A stretch of DNA of 64,000 nucleotides, from positions 1,736,001 through 1,800,000 of the forward strand of contig NC_089433.1 of NCBI RefSeq assembly GCF_026210795.1, in the 5' to 3' direction. This stretch comes from Rhizophagus irregularis (lineage: Eukaryota). The notes under the pieces were generated by a model. It saw nothing but the letters and a program-made list of their open reading frames with translations. It was not told the DNA's origin and made no database searches. Shown here piece by piece: positions 63,729 to 64,000 of the stretch; positions within the stretch are counted from its first letter, which is position 1, and each line of letters opens with the position of its first letter. Position numbers and translations under genes: made by a program.

Positions 63729-64000
63729 CCGTTTTTCACCATTATCGTTTTTCGTTTTTTATATTCCGTCTTTTATATTCCATATTTTTTTTTATAAAAG
63801 GCAAGTCGAAGCGGACAAATCTGCACCTATTTCAACATGATGATAAATGATGTCACATGAATTCTTCGGTTTTCCCCGTTGCACAACAATCCAACAATTT
63901 CTTATTTTAGTTACTACGGTTCCCGTTCCCTAACTTCCCGGTCAAAATATGTATGACAAACATATTCTCTGAAAATTAAAAAACGGTATTTCATTATTTC

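Overview
AT-rich, intron-dense eukaryotic DNA. Gene content, short AT-rich introns and kinase-Sel1 genes suggest an arbuscular mycorrhizal fungus (Glomeromycota, Rhizophagus-like); this is inference only. 1-12.3 kb is a compact housekeeping block: CBF5/dyskerin (partial), SAD1/USP39, a SWI/SNF BAF60 subunit with two unusually structured introns, a small ORF, ERG3 and SmD1. 15-23.5 kb holds lineage-specific genes: an MLKL-like helical domain + pseudokinase + Sel1 protein, a KH-domain protein, an intronless secreted protein with permuted papain-like His/Cys motifs and a Thr-repeat secreted protein. 24.4-50.6 kb is a tandem array of six apparently intact 12-exon cytochrome P450 genes (CYP68/CYP503/CYP512-like motifs), plus an inverted pseudogene and two fragments, with variation visible at substrate-recognition sites. 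51-64 kb is a decayed, TE-rich, CpG-poor region with hAT and Tc1/mariner MITEs, pseudogene relics and one intact KEX2-processed Cys-rich peptide gene. Gene models were built by hand from splice sites; no database search was run.
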